Positions 10,592-19,821 of a DNA stretch of 63,402 bases are shown here, piece by piece (positions within the stretch are counted from its first letter, which is position 1; the number at the start of each line of letters is the position of its first letter). The position numbers and the translations under genes were made by a program. The notes beneath the pieces were generated by a model, which was not told where the DNA came from, searched no databases, and saw only the letters and a list, made by a program, of their open reading frames with translations. Source of the DNA: Thecamonas trahens ATCC 50062 (lineage: Eukaryota > Protista > Apusomonadida); the NCBI RefSeq assembly GCF_000142905.1, contig NW_013657605.1, positions 18,600 through 82,001 of the forward strand. Direction: 5' to 3'.

Positions 10592-12661
10592 TTGTCCTCA
10601 CTCATCCAACATCCAACATCACATACATGCACAGTGACGAACACCACGTCGTCGCAGCTCACTGTCACAGCTCTCCGCATCTCGGACGTCTCATCGCCGC
10701 TTGGCGCCTCGCTGGCTAGAACTGGTGCTGGCTCGCTGCTTGGCGCCTCGCTGGCCTCGGCCTCCTCGCTGGCCTCGGTAAGTTCGACTGGCGACGCGTC
10801 GCCGTTCTTTGTTCTCGTCGCTGCGCCGGGCTTGCCGCACATCCTGGCGCCCGGCGAGGCTGTCGATGTGGCGGTGGCATTTACCCCGCATCTGCCTGGC
10901 CCGTATCATGCCCTGTTGACGGTCCAGCCTACTGCTGGCTCGCCGGTCATGCGCATCGCCCTGGTTGGCTCGTGCCACATCACAACCTCGCCCTCGGCGG
11001 GCCGCACGGCCTCGACTTCGCCCGCGGCAATGCCGTCCGGCGTTCACTCGTCGTCGTTTGAGGCTCTGTGGCACGTCCACCGGTCGTCGATCGCAAGCCG
11101 CCCCCGCGCTCCGTCGAGCTCTGTCTCACCGTCGGGCAGGTATCCGCGCCCGCTCCACCCGGCGTCGCTCGTCGGCTCCACGGCCTACAACTCGACCACC
11201 GCCTCGGGTTTGCCGCCGCGCACCACAGCCCGGGCCTCGCCGCACTCGCCTAGCACCCGCCGTGTCAACACCAGCATTGCGTCGACGACGTCGTCGTTCG
11301 GCAACCGCTCGTCCACCCGCGAGCTCGAGAACCGCATCGCTCACCTGGAGAACGTCATGGAGTCGCTCTTTGCCTCGTCCGCTGTGTGGAACACCACTGC
11401 GCCAAGCATCTCCCGCTCGTCCATCGCGTACCCGAGCCTTCCACCAGCTCCGCCACCGGCTGTTGGGAGCATTCACTACGCGCCGCCACCGGCAGCATCT
11501 ATGTCGCCGCTGTGCGTGTCGCCGCCACTCTCGCCCACTCGGTCTCTTTCGCGGTCGCGGTCGCACTCTCACTCGCGCTCGCCGATGCGCTCACCGCCCA
11601 AGCCGACGTTCCACTCGCCAGCGCGCGCATCACCCCCGCCGCACGCGGTTGCCACTCCGCTCTCGACTGGCAAGAGGTCGGTCCGCTGGGCTGAGCCGCT
11701 GGAGCAAAAGCCGGAGCCGTCACCACACCTTGTGGCGCCGCCGTCGCCGATGCGGTTCTCGCAGTTTGCCCCACGCAACTCGCCGCTCAACCTCGAGTCC
11801 GGCTATCTTCGCCCGGCCTCGCCGTCGCCGTTCTACTCGGTGACGCCGTCTGCGAGCCCGGGCTCACCAGCACGCGCTCCGCATGCCTCATTTGCCCACA
11901 CTTCCAACGGCTCGTCAGCTGCGTCCTTCATCGCCGCGCCGCCTGCGCCGAGCTCAACTCACGCCGCCGCGCTCCTCGAGCCGCTGACGTCGACCGCTCG
12001 CATCGAAGCCGACCTCACCGCGCCTGGCCTGCCGCTCGCGCCGCCGACGCCCGCCACCCCTATGGTCTCGCCTCACCGGGTCAAGTCGATCTCTATCGAG
12101 GATCTTGAGTTCTCGGAGCGGAAACGAAAGCAGCTGCTCGAGGCCGAGTCGAACGCCGCTGCCATGTGGGAGTCGCTCGCCGCTGCGCCCAACACCGGCT
12201 TTGGTCTCTCCCCCTTCCCCTCGCCCTACCTCGGCGGCGGCGGCGGCTTGGGCATGCCCATGACACCACTCTCGCCGGCAGGTCGGGCCTGGCATGCTCA
12301 AACCCCGCTCTCGGCCCGCAAGCCTTCGATCCAACTCCATACCCGAACTCCCTCGCCCGACTCGCGGCGCTCACTGCTGAGCTCGCGCTCGTCCCCGAGC
12401 TCACCGTCCCGGCCCACCCCGGAGCCGCCGGCCATCACCATCACGCCAGGTTCTATCGCCAACCCGCCGCCTAGCTTTTCGCCCTCCACGTCGCCCGACC
12501 GGCCGCCCACCCCCCGCGCAACGCTCTCACAGACTCGATCGACCACCAGGCCAAGATCGAGCGCATCAAGCGCAAGCGCGCCTCGGTCCTGCAAGCCAAG
12601 GCCCGCCCGATGTCGTCGTCTTCGTCATTGTCATCGCAGGCTAATCGCCACCACTAACTGA
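10592..12661 (+). CDS. ASH (ASPM/SPD-2/Hydin-type) Ig-like domain protein with long Ser/Pro-rich tail; 5' end incomplete
   Basis: VTNTT...PFFV...LAPGEAVDVAVAFTP...YHALLTV...IALVG pattern. A probable acceptor lies at 10634. The C-terminus likely continues in the -1 frame after a C-run at ~12510 (stop 12655-12657). Confidence 0.55.
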   Translation: MSSLIQHPTSHTCTVTNTTSSQLTVTALRISDVSSPLGASLARTGAGSLLGASLASASSLASVSSTGDASPFFVLVAAPGLPHILAPGEAVDVAVAFTPHLPGPYHALLTVQPTAGSPVMRIALVGSCHITTSPSAGRTASTSPAAMPSGVHSSSFEALWHVHRSSIASRPRAPSSSVSPSGRYPRPLHPASLVGSTAYNSTTASGLPPRTTARASPHSPSTRRVNTSIASTTSSFGNRSSTRELENRIAHLENVMESLFASSAVWNTTAPSISRSSIAYPSLPPAPPPAVGSIHYAPPPAASMSPLCVSPPLSPTRSLSRSRSHSHSRSPMRSPPKPTFHSPARASPPPHAVATPLSTGKRSVRWAEPLEQKPEPSPHLVAPPSPMRFSQFAPRNSPLNLESGYLRPASPSPFYSVTPSASPGSPARAPHASFAHTSNGSSAASFIAAPPAPSSTHAAALLEPLTSTARIEADLTAPGLPLAPPTPATPMVSPHRVKSISIEDLEFSERKRKQLLEAESNAAAMWESLAAAPNTGFGLSPFPSPYLGGGGGLGMPMTPLSPAGRAWHAQTPLSARKPSIQLHTRTPSPDSRRSLLSSRSSPSSPSRPTPEPPAITITPGSIANPPPSFSPSTSPDRPPTPRATLSQTRSTTRPRSSASSASAPRSCKPRPARCRRLRHCHRRLIATTN

Positions 12662-12950
12662 TCTCTGTCGTTGTATTCTGTGCTCAGCTCATCAAACCAT
12701 GCCAGCCGATGCAGGTAGCCCCCCCCCCCCCCCTCCCCCCCCCCCTGGGAGGGGAGGGGGTGACGAGCAAAGTTACAACGAAGCGAATGCGCGCCAAAAT
12801 GTTGTTGTTTCCAGCCACATGCTCGTTTGTTTACATATATGTTTGTTCGTTCGTTCGTTCAACGGTGGTGCAAGACCAGCGACAACGCCGCCGCCCGCCG
12901 CCACCCTTGTCGACAAGCACTGCACGACTCTGGGTGAGAGGAAGAAGACG

Positions 12951-13859
12951 ATGATGTTTGCTGCGCGTAGTGTGTGGCACGAGAGCGAGCATGTGGGCAA
13001 CAACGAGAACATCGAGCCGGCTGACCATCGTCACATGGTGATGAAGATGATGGCCAAGTCGCCGCACGCGGCCAACAACATGCCGACAACGACAAAGCCG
13101 TCAAAGTCATCAAAGTCACCCACTCGCTCAGGCCTACCCCCTGCTGCTGCTACCGCTACTACTACTACTACTACTACTACTGCTGCTGCTGCTGTTGCTG
13201 CTGCTGGGCCTCGTCGCCTGGCTGCCCATGGCTCTGCGCCTCATCGCTCGACGCCTGTTTTGGCGCCAAAGTCGCAGACGTTCAAGCGCTCACCGTCGGC
13301 AGGTACTGCTACTGGCGCACGCCGTACGGGGCCTTTTGGTCGGCTCAACAACTACAGCGGCGGAAGCAATAGCCCGCCGACGGTTTACGATGACGCGATG
13401 GGAGGACGCCATGGCGATGATGATGCTCTGCGCCAGATCTCAGCTGGTGACGATCCTCCACGCGCTAATGAGGCTGAGCTCCCCCTGGAGCTCCTGTTTC
13501 AGCTGGCCGACAAGGAGAACGTCGATCCAGAGACAGGCGTGCTGCAGGTGCCGAATCCTGCCGTGCTTGGAAGCTATGCCCTGCGCCGGCCGTTGCGGGA
13601 GCTGCCCATCGAGGCGAGCAAGGCGAGCAGGAGCGAGGGTGAGGCGGAAGCCGAGGTCGGCGTCGAGAACAGGTCTGTGCCGGCAGGTGCTGCCCGGCGC
13701 GCTGGAAAGGAGAGCAAGCGGAAGAGTAAGCGGAGGCACAAGCTGGGCTACAACCGGGTCCGCGGCGGTGAGCCGGTGGCGCATCGCGGGCCGTCAGCCT
13801 TTGCTCGCTTGGATCGCAACGAGGGCATGCACGCCCAGCGGGCCATCAAGCTCCGGTAG
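12951..13859 (+). CDS. Disordered orphan protein with KEN box, D-box and terminal LR
   Basis: ATG at 12951; poly-T/poly-A tracts; DKENVDP at 13509-13529; RRPLREL at 13584-13604; ends AIKLR*. Confidence 0.6.
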   Translation: MMFAARSVWHESEHVGNNENIEPADHRHMVMKMMAKSPHAANNMPTTTKPSKSSKSPTRSGLPPAAATATTTTTTTTAAAAVAAAGPRRLAAHGSAPHRSTPVLAPKSQTFKRSPSAGTATGARRTGPFGRLNNYSGGSNSPPTVYDDAMGGRHGDDDALRQISAGDDPPRANEAELPLELLFQLADKENVDPETGVLQVPNPAVLGSYALRRPLRELPIEASKASRSEGEAEAEVGVENRSVPAGAARRAGKESKRKSKRRHKLGYNRVRGGEPVAHRGPSAFARLDRNEGMHAQRAIKLR

Positions 13860-14001
13860 GCCAGGCGCAGCGCGGACGCGACTGCGCGGCGCTGATGCCG
13901 GGCCGCGAACGATAACTGATGTAAACATGTAGCCATGACGGAGGGGCTCGTGCGTGCGCGGGTGTGTCTCACGTGGTCGAAACAGGACAGCTCAGCAGAG
14001 C

Positions 14002-14982
14002 TCACGACTCTTCATTGGACTCGTCCTGGATCATGAGCTTGAGGGCAAGCTCGTAGATGAAGAACGTGACGGCGTTGGCCGGAAAGGCGCGAATGATGCA
14101 GGCCGACATGCCGCGGAAGAAGACGGCGTGGCCTTCGGCAGCGTACAGTGAGCGGGCGGTGGCGAGCATCGACGGCGGGTTGACCATACCCGGGTCGCGG
14201 GCCTGGACCTTGGTCTTGATCACATCGATCGGGTAGGTCGAGACCCAAGCCAGCGTGCCGCCAATGCCACCGGAAAGCAAGGTCGCCGTGGCCACGGCGG
14301 TGGCCGACAGCTCGTCGGCGGAGAGCTCGTCGGGCAACAGTAGCCGCTTCACGAGCTCGTACGACGAAAAGTAGAGGGCATACGACGGGATTTCGCGGAC
14401 AAACGACGGGACCAGGCCCTGCATGATTGCCAGCGGGCCGCCAACACGCACAATGTGCCGGATGGTCGCAATGTTGCCACGGTACTCGGCGGTCTTGCGC
14501 TTGGCGCTCTGGTTCTGCAGCTGGATCTTGATGAGGTCGATGGGCGAGGTGATCATCGAGCACGCTAGCCCGGCACCGGCGCCGGCCAGCGCCACCGCCC
14601 CGATTGTCAGCTGCTGGTCTGCGTTGGCATCACCGCGCTCTGCAACGTCCGCAGCCTCGGTCCCACCTCCCGGCAGGAGTGCCGCCAGCGCGCCGTCGGG
14701 CTCCATGATGGCTCTTGTCAGATAGCCGTACGTCACAAACAGCACGGCATTGACCGGCGCACACCCGAGCGCCGGCGAGAGCATGCCTTTGTACAGTGCG
14801 GCCACGCCCTCTTTGCGCATCGTTGCTTGGAACGCATCCAGCAACCCAGTGTACGTCCCGGCCGGCCGCGCCTGCATCCGCACCTTGACCGTGTCCAGCG
14901 GCTGGCCTGCGACCACGCCCGATACTCCACCCAGCACTCCGGCCAGAAAGTCCTTGATCGGATCGGACTCGACGGCAGCCAT
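14002..14982 (-). CDS. Mitochondrial carrier (SLC25; carnitine/basic amino acid carrier-like)
   Basis: Three PxD/ExxK/R signatures: PLDTVKVRMQ, PIDLIKIQLQ, PIDVIKTKVQ; also REIPSYALYF and RAFPANAVTF. Confidence 0.93.
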   Translation of the reverse strand: MAAVESDPIKDFLAGVLGGVSGVVAGQPLDTVKVRMQARPAGTYTGLLDAFQATMRKEGVAALYKGMLSPALGCAPVNAVLFVTYGYLTRAIMEPDGALAALLPGGGTEAADVAERGDANADQQLTIGAVALAGAGAGLACSMITSPIDLIKIQLQNQSAKRKTAEYRGNIATIRHIVRVGGPLAIMQGLVPSFVREIPSYALYFSSYELVKRLLLPDELSADELSATAVATATLLSGGIGGTLAWVSTYPIDVIKTKVQARDPGMVNPPSMLATARSLYAAEGHAVFFRGMSACIIRAFPANAVTFFIYELALKLMIQDESNEES

Positions 14983-16204
14983 CTTGCTCTACTTGGCGAA
15001 CCGTGACGGGGGGAATATCAGATCAGATAGCCTGTCCAGTTGTCGGTACAGCGATGACGCAATCTCCGCGTGGCAGCAGCGGTCACTACAAGCAGAGGAC
15101 GACGACGACAAAGAGCGAGTCAAGTACTTTGATCAAAGCGCTGGTGGCGTAGCCAAAGTTCTTAGCTACACGACAGTACCTCGCACGCGAAGCAGCGACC
15201 AATGTGCTCGGCTGTGCAGACTGTTTCTTCCTCTGCACGTTTTGCTCGCAAAATGCCGGTCGTGTTGCTCGTTCGAGTCGGCGGTCGGTCGAGTCAGCCA
15301 AGAGGCGCGCAAGCGACGAGAGCCAGTGAGAGCGACTCAGGTGAGCAATGCGGAGAAGGTAAGCAAGCACACCCAAGTTTGATGTGCTTCGTCTGTAGAA
15401 GAGGTCCTACTTGAGCCGCAAGCAAGTTCTGGTCAGAGTGCGTCAAGTGGACGTCTCAGACGACGTCGCCAACTACCTCTCCCTCTCGCCACCTAGGCCA
15501 GCTCAACGCGTGGCAGGGCGCGACCCGACGGCGAATTTGGCTCATGCGATAATTTTTTTTTGTCAAGCAGTTATTTTTTGGGGGCAGCCCCCCCCCCGCA
15601 CCCGGCGCCAACCGCGCCTCCCGTCCCTCGAGCAGTATTCCTCACCATACACATGAGCTCGCGAACAGGGTGGTCCCCTGGTGCAGGTTGCGGCGGGGAG
15701 GAGGGGTCCCGTTGAATGCCACGGCGACGTTTTTGAGCATAGGTCGTTCGGCTTGATATCGCGTATGCGGGCCGAAATAGACAAGGCAAAGGGCTCGAGT
15801 CGATCACAGGAGGTAGCCAGTGTGTGTATGCTTAGCCCTCGGGTTCACGGTGATATTGCAAGACGTTCGCCTGGGCCAGCTCTTGCCGTGGCGCCGGCTT
15901 CCATTTGTGAGTCGATGGCTGCCACGCAAGCTTCCATTCTTCCCCTCAGCGCCCCGGGTGCACTTTCTAACCTCTATCTCGGCCGCATCCATCCCCTCTC
16001 CCCGACAACGTGTGCCCCCCCCTTGCTTCCGTACCACGGCCTCAACTCCCACGGCGTTGTCTGCCTCTGACTGATGTAGATCGAGCGCATGCCGTCGATT
16101 TGAAGCGGCGAAAAGGGGCTCTCTGCAGGCAGGCCAGAGGGCATTCCTTCTTTTCCTTCATGGCAGCAACAAAACCATGACGATTTCTCTGCGGCGTCCA
16201 TACG

Positions 16205-17734
16205 ATGAACAAAGGCCACAATCAACCATTCCAAGGGCAAGAATTGATGACCATGAAAGCGCGTGCCAACTATCAACGCAACCGATCGCACGGACAGTAT
16301 GTATCGAACCCGGTTCTGCAGCAGCAGGACATCCTCCAGGTCCAGGAGAACATCTTTGCGCAACCGCCAGTTGCGCCGCATGCGTTTGCGCCGCCTGGAG
16401 CTGTTGCGCCGCCAACGGCGACGTATGGACGTGGCGGCGACTCGGTGACGCCTATGGATCCGCAAAACTCGCTGCCGGCGACGTGGGGCCGGGAAGATGT
16501 GTGGTGCTCTCATCGGACTATCGAGGACGGCTCACGGGTGCTTGCGCGGTCAAACCGGACTGGTGAGGCGCGGTTCGTGGACGGGCCTGCGCGGCCGTTC
16601 CTCTACCGATCGACGATTGTGTACGTGCGGCAGTACACGGCGTCGACGACGACGTATCTTGTGGTTTCGTACCGGTCCGGCGAGATCAAGCACATCATGG
16701 GCCCAACGCAGCTGTGGTTTGATCCACTGACCATGTCGTCGGTCAAGGTTATGCCGGTCGTCCGGCTCAACTCGAACGAGGCGCTGGTCATGTTCTCGTC
16801 GCCCGACGGCGAGGACGGCGCGGGTGAGGACGTGCAGCGGCGGATTATCTACGGACCAACGGCAATGATGCCAGCACACAACGAGTGGATCGAGACGTTC
16901 TCGTGGGGCGGCGAGGGCGGAGCAACGTTCTCGCGCCTCCGGCTGGTTCCTGAAGAGTTCTCAGTGGAGATCGAGAACGCGCGGACTACCGATGATGCGA
17001 CGCTCAAGCTCAACTTTGCGCTTGTCTTCCGGCTTGTTGACATCGAACGGATGTGCGACGAGACGGCGGATCCAGTTGCGGACGTGACATCGGCCATTGC
17101 GGCCGACGTCCTTGCCTTTGTCTCCAAGATGAGCTTTGAGGAGTTCAAGGCCTTTACTGAGAACCTCAACAACACTGACTCGTTCCCGAACCTTGTGCGG
17201 CGGGCCGAGGCCTCGGGCTTCCAGATCATGAACATTGCGTTCCGCGGGTACTCGGGAACCTCGACCATGCAGGGTCTGCAGGAGCGCGGCTTTGAACGGC
17301 GGAAGCAGCTTGAGCTCGAGACCGAGACCGAGTCGCAGAAGCAGGAACTGCTGGCCTTCAAGCAGCGGGCCGAGCTCGAGCGGTCCAACGAGCGCCGCGA
17401 GATGGAGCTTGCTGAGAAAAACCATGTGATGGAGCTCGCGATCCTGGAGCAGGAGAAGCAGGCCAAGATCAAGGCTACTGCGGCGCGCATCGAGCTCGAG
17501 GCGCGCCAGGCGGAAATGGCGGCCGAGGAGGAGCACGCCCGCAACATGCTTGCGCTTCGGACCGACTACCTCCGGACGCTTGCCTCGGATCTCAGCGTCG
17601 ATCTCACAAAGGTTCTTGTGGCACAGGCTGCCATCTCGCCGGACTCATTCATCAAGGTCGACCTCGGCGACAACCCCGAGGGCACCGTCCACTTGCACGC
17701 ATCGCCGACGCCATCGTCACAAACGCGGCGGTGA
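16205..17734 (+). CDS. Major vault protein-like / SPFH-shoulder protein with coiled-coil tail
   Basis: Vault-repeat-like segments (LNSNEALVMF...RRIIYGPTAMMPAHNEW), then an MVP-shoulder/Band-7-like region (ARTTDDATLKL...DPVADVTSAIAADV...MSFEEFK), then an E/K/A-rich helix. Confidence 0.6.
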   Translation: MNKGHNQPFQGQELMTMKARANYQRNRSHGQYVSNPVLQQQDILQVQENIFAQPPVAPHAFAPPGAVAPPTATYGRGGDSVTPMDPQNSLPATWGREDVWCSHRTIEDGSRVLARSNRTGEARFVDGPARPFLYRSTIVYVRQYTASTTTYLVVSYRSGEIKHIMGPTQLWFDPLTMSSVKVMPVVRLNSNEALVMFSSPDGEDGAGEDVQRRIIYGPTAMMPAHNEWIETFSWGGEGGATFSRLRLVPEEFSVEIENARTTDDATLKLNFALVFRLVDIERMCDETADPVADVTSAIAADVLAFVSKMSFEEFKAFTENLNNTDSFPNLVRRAEASGFQIMNIAFRGYSGTSTMQGLQERGFERRKQLELETETESQKQELLAFKQRAELERSNERREMELAEKNHVMELAILEQEKQAKIKATAARIELEARQAEMAAEEEHARNMLALRTDYLRTLASDLSVDLTKVLVAQAAISPDSFIKVDLGDNPEGTVHLHASPTPSSQTRR

Positions 17735-19759
17735 CTAGTGCTTGGGCAGCGGGAGGAGGCTTGCTGGCTTGGCAAAGATCGGCGGCGCGGACGCTGAGCT
17801 TGTGGCCGCCAGTCCTCCGCCCGAGTACATGCCACCGAGCACGTCGGTCGGAGCCGGTGTGGCCAGCTTGGCCAGCTCGGCCAACTCGGGCGGTGCGGTC
17901 CTTGGGAGGCCGACGAGCAGGCTGAACCGGTCGCGGTCCGGCAGGACCTTGATGGAGAGCGTGCCGAGAAGCGCGCCACCGCAGGCCAGGATCTTGGTCG
18001 AGAGCGCAATGTCGAGCGGGCGAGTGGTGGCGACGTGAGTAAACGGCTCATCGAGCGCAATGGCTGTGTCACCTGTAGCGACGCCACCACGGCGGACGTC
18101 GACCAGCGCAGGGTTGACTACAGCCGAAACAAACCAGTCGTGTTCCTTGATGACAGAGTCAAGCTCGACGAACTTGTCCTTGCACTCAATGCGGGTGATG
18201 AACAACGCCGTGGCCAGCTCGGACGGCTTGAGGACGGTGCCCGGTGGGCAGTCGGGTAGGACCAAGGCGAGGGTAATGTCGGCGTCGGTGCCAACGACCG
18301 CAGCGCTGAGGGCGCCGGCGGAAGCTGAGGCTGTGAGAAGCGCCGAGATCGTCGCGGTTGTGTTGATGTTGTCAAACAAGTCACCCTCCGCCCGCGGGTC
18401 GTCGACAACCAGCGCGGAACAGCTGTTGTTGTCGCTCCCGACCCACGCACTGGCGGCCGCTGGACCGAGGGCAGTGACAAAGGCGTCCGCGATCTGGTCC
18501 GGGAGAGCCGGCGAGCGGATAAGGGCGTCGTCTTTGGCGACAGCAAGAACAATCCTGCCTTGCGGGCCGTGGACGGCCGGGCAGTGCGGCTGGACAATGA
18601 GCATGTCTCTAAAGTGGCCGATAAGGGAGAGGCCCTTGGCGTAGAGCGCGTTGGCGACGGCCTCCATGTACTGGAGGCGAATGTCGTCCATGTCAAAGTC
18701 GATGCCCTTGGCCTTGGCGTGGAAGAGTCCGTCCTTATGGACTTCGAGACCGTCGGTCTTGAGCTGCAGGCCGGTGAGGCCGGTGAGGATGGCGGCGCGG
18801 ACGGCCGGACGGTGCGAGCCGAGCGAGGTCGAGACAATGACCTCGGCGTTCGCAAAGCGGATGGCAACCGGCGTAGCGAGCTCGCTCGCAGAGTCGTGGG
18901 TGGCAAACTTAAGCAGGCTGGTCTTGGCGCGAGGATCGTACTGGGTGTGAACAAGGCGGCCGCCGGCGGCCTGCGCGGCGTCGATGAGGCCGACGACAGC
19001 GTTGACCGAGCACTTGCTGGCGAGTTTGGAGTCGTTCGGATAGCGGAGGAGGGCATGCGGGCCGTCCATCTCGTCGATGACGAGGTTGGTGTCGGGGCTG
19101 GCATTGTACGACGACCAGGTCGGAGCCATGCGCGCCACAAAGTGGACGTAGCTCATTGGGGCCGGGTGCGGGACGACGAGAGACTCGTTGTCGGCGATGC
19201 CTGCGAGCCAGACAGTGCCGGCCGGCAGAGCGCCGCCCTGCAGCGAGACCATGGGTGTCTGATCAGTCCAGAGCATCTTGATGGCGAGCTGACCGGCAGC
19301 GGCCCCTGGCTGCGACGGGTGGGCAACCGGGAACCAGAACTCGTCTGACGTCGACGTGCCGGTGGCGAGCGAGTCAGCGGTGGCGGCCTTGGTAAGGATG
19401 TCCTCAGCCGAGACAAAGACGGTGCCCATGGCGTCAGCCGGGCCGAGACGGTCCCAATCGAGGATCTGGAGGGAGAAGCCCGGTGCGGCCATGAGGGGCA
19501 GCAAAAAGGTATTCTTTGCGCCGGAGGAAGCACCGAGACCCGAGCCGCCACCGCTCGATGACTCACCATCGTCGGCCCAGACCGGAGCAAGCGACTTGGT
19601 CACGACGGGGGTGCGGAAGGAGACGGCGCCAGCTTGGACGACAACAAACGGGTCGGAGCTCTTCTTGTCACACACCAGTAGCTCGCGTCCGCGGCAAACG
19701 GTGACTTGGACAACTCCGGTCAGAATTGTGGTGATGGTGCTGGTGCTGGTGCTGGCCAT
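17735..19759 (-). CDS. C2 domain-containing protein
   Basis: N-terminal GVVQVTVCRGRELL..DKKSSDPFVVV..RTPVVTKSLAPVW..LQILDWDRLGPADAMG C2 motif; the remainder is unrecognised; likely start ATG 19759. Confidence 0.8.
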   Translation of the reverse strand: MASTSTSTITTILTGVVQVTVCRGRELLVCDKKSSDPFVVVQAGAVSFRTPVVTKSLAPVWADDGESSSGGGSGLGASSGAKNTFLLPLMAAPGFSLQILDWDRLGPADAMGTVFVSAEDILTKAATADSLATGTSTSDEFWFPVAHPSQPGAAAGQLAIKMLWTDQTPMVSLQGGALPAGTVWLAGIADNESLVVPHPAPMSYVHFVARMAPTWSSYNASPDTNLVIDEMDGPHALLRYPNDSKLASKCSVNAVVGLIDAAQAAGGRLVHTQYDPRAKTSLLKFATHDSASELATPVAIRFANAEVIVSTSLGSHRPAVRAAILTGLTGLQLKTDGLEVHKDGLFHAKAKGIDFDMDDIRLQYMEAVANALYAKGLSLIGHFRDMLIVQPHCPAVHGPQGRIVLAVAKDDALIRSPALPDQIADAFVTALGPAAASAWVGSDNNSCSALVVDDPRAEGDLFDNINTTATISALLTASASAGALSAAVVGTDADITLALVLPDCPPGTVLKPSELATALFITRIECKDKFVELDSVIKEHDWFVSAVVNPALVDVRRGGVATGDTAIALDEPFTHVATTRPLDIALSTKILACGGALLGTLSIKVLPDRDRFSLLVGLPRTAPPELAELAKLATPAPTDVLGGMYSGGGLAATSSASAPPIFAKPASLLPLPKH

Positions 19760-19821
19760 GGCGTGAATTGACGGAAGTGAGGTGGTCGACAACAGGTTTG
19801 GCCCGACCCGACAACGCCGCT

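Noticed and set aside
14990-16200. Short ORFs and a GTAAGC donor-like site between the carrier and MVP-like genes
   Set aside because: No coherent gene model or recognisable motif could be built.
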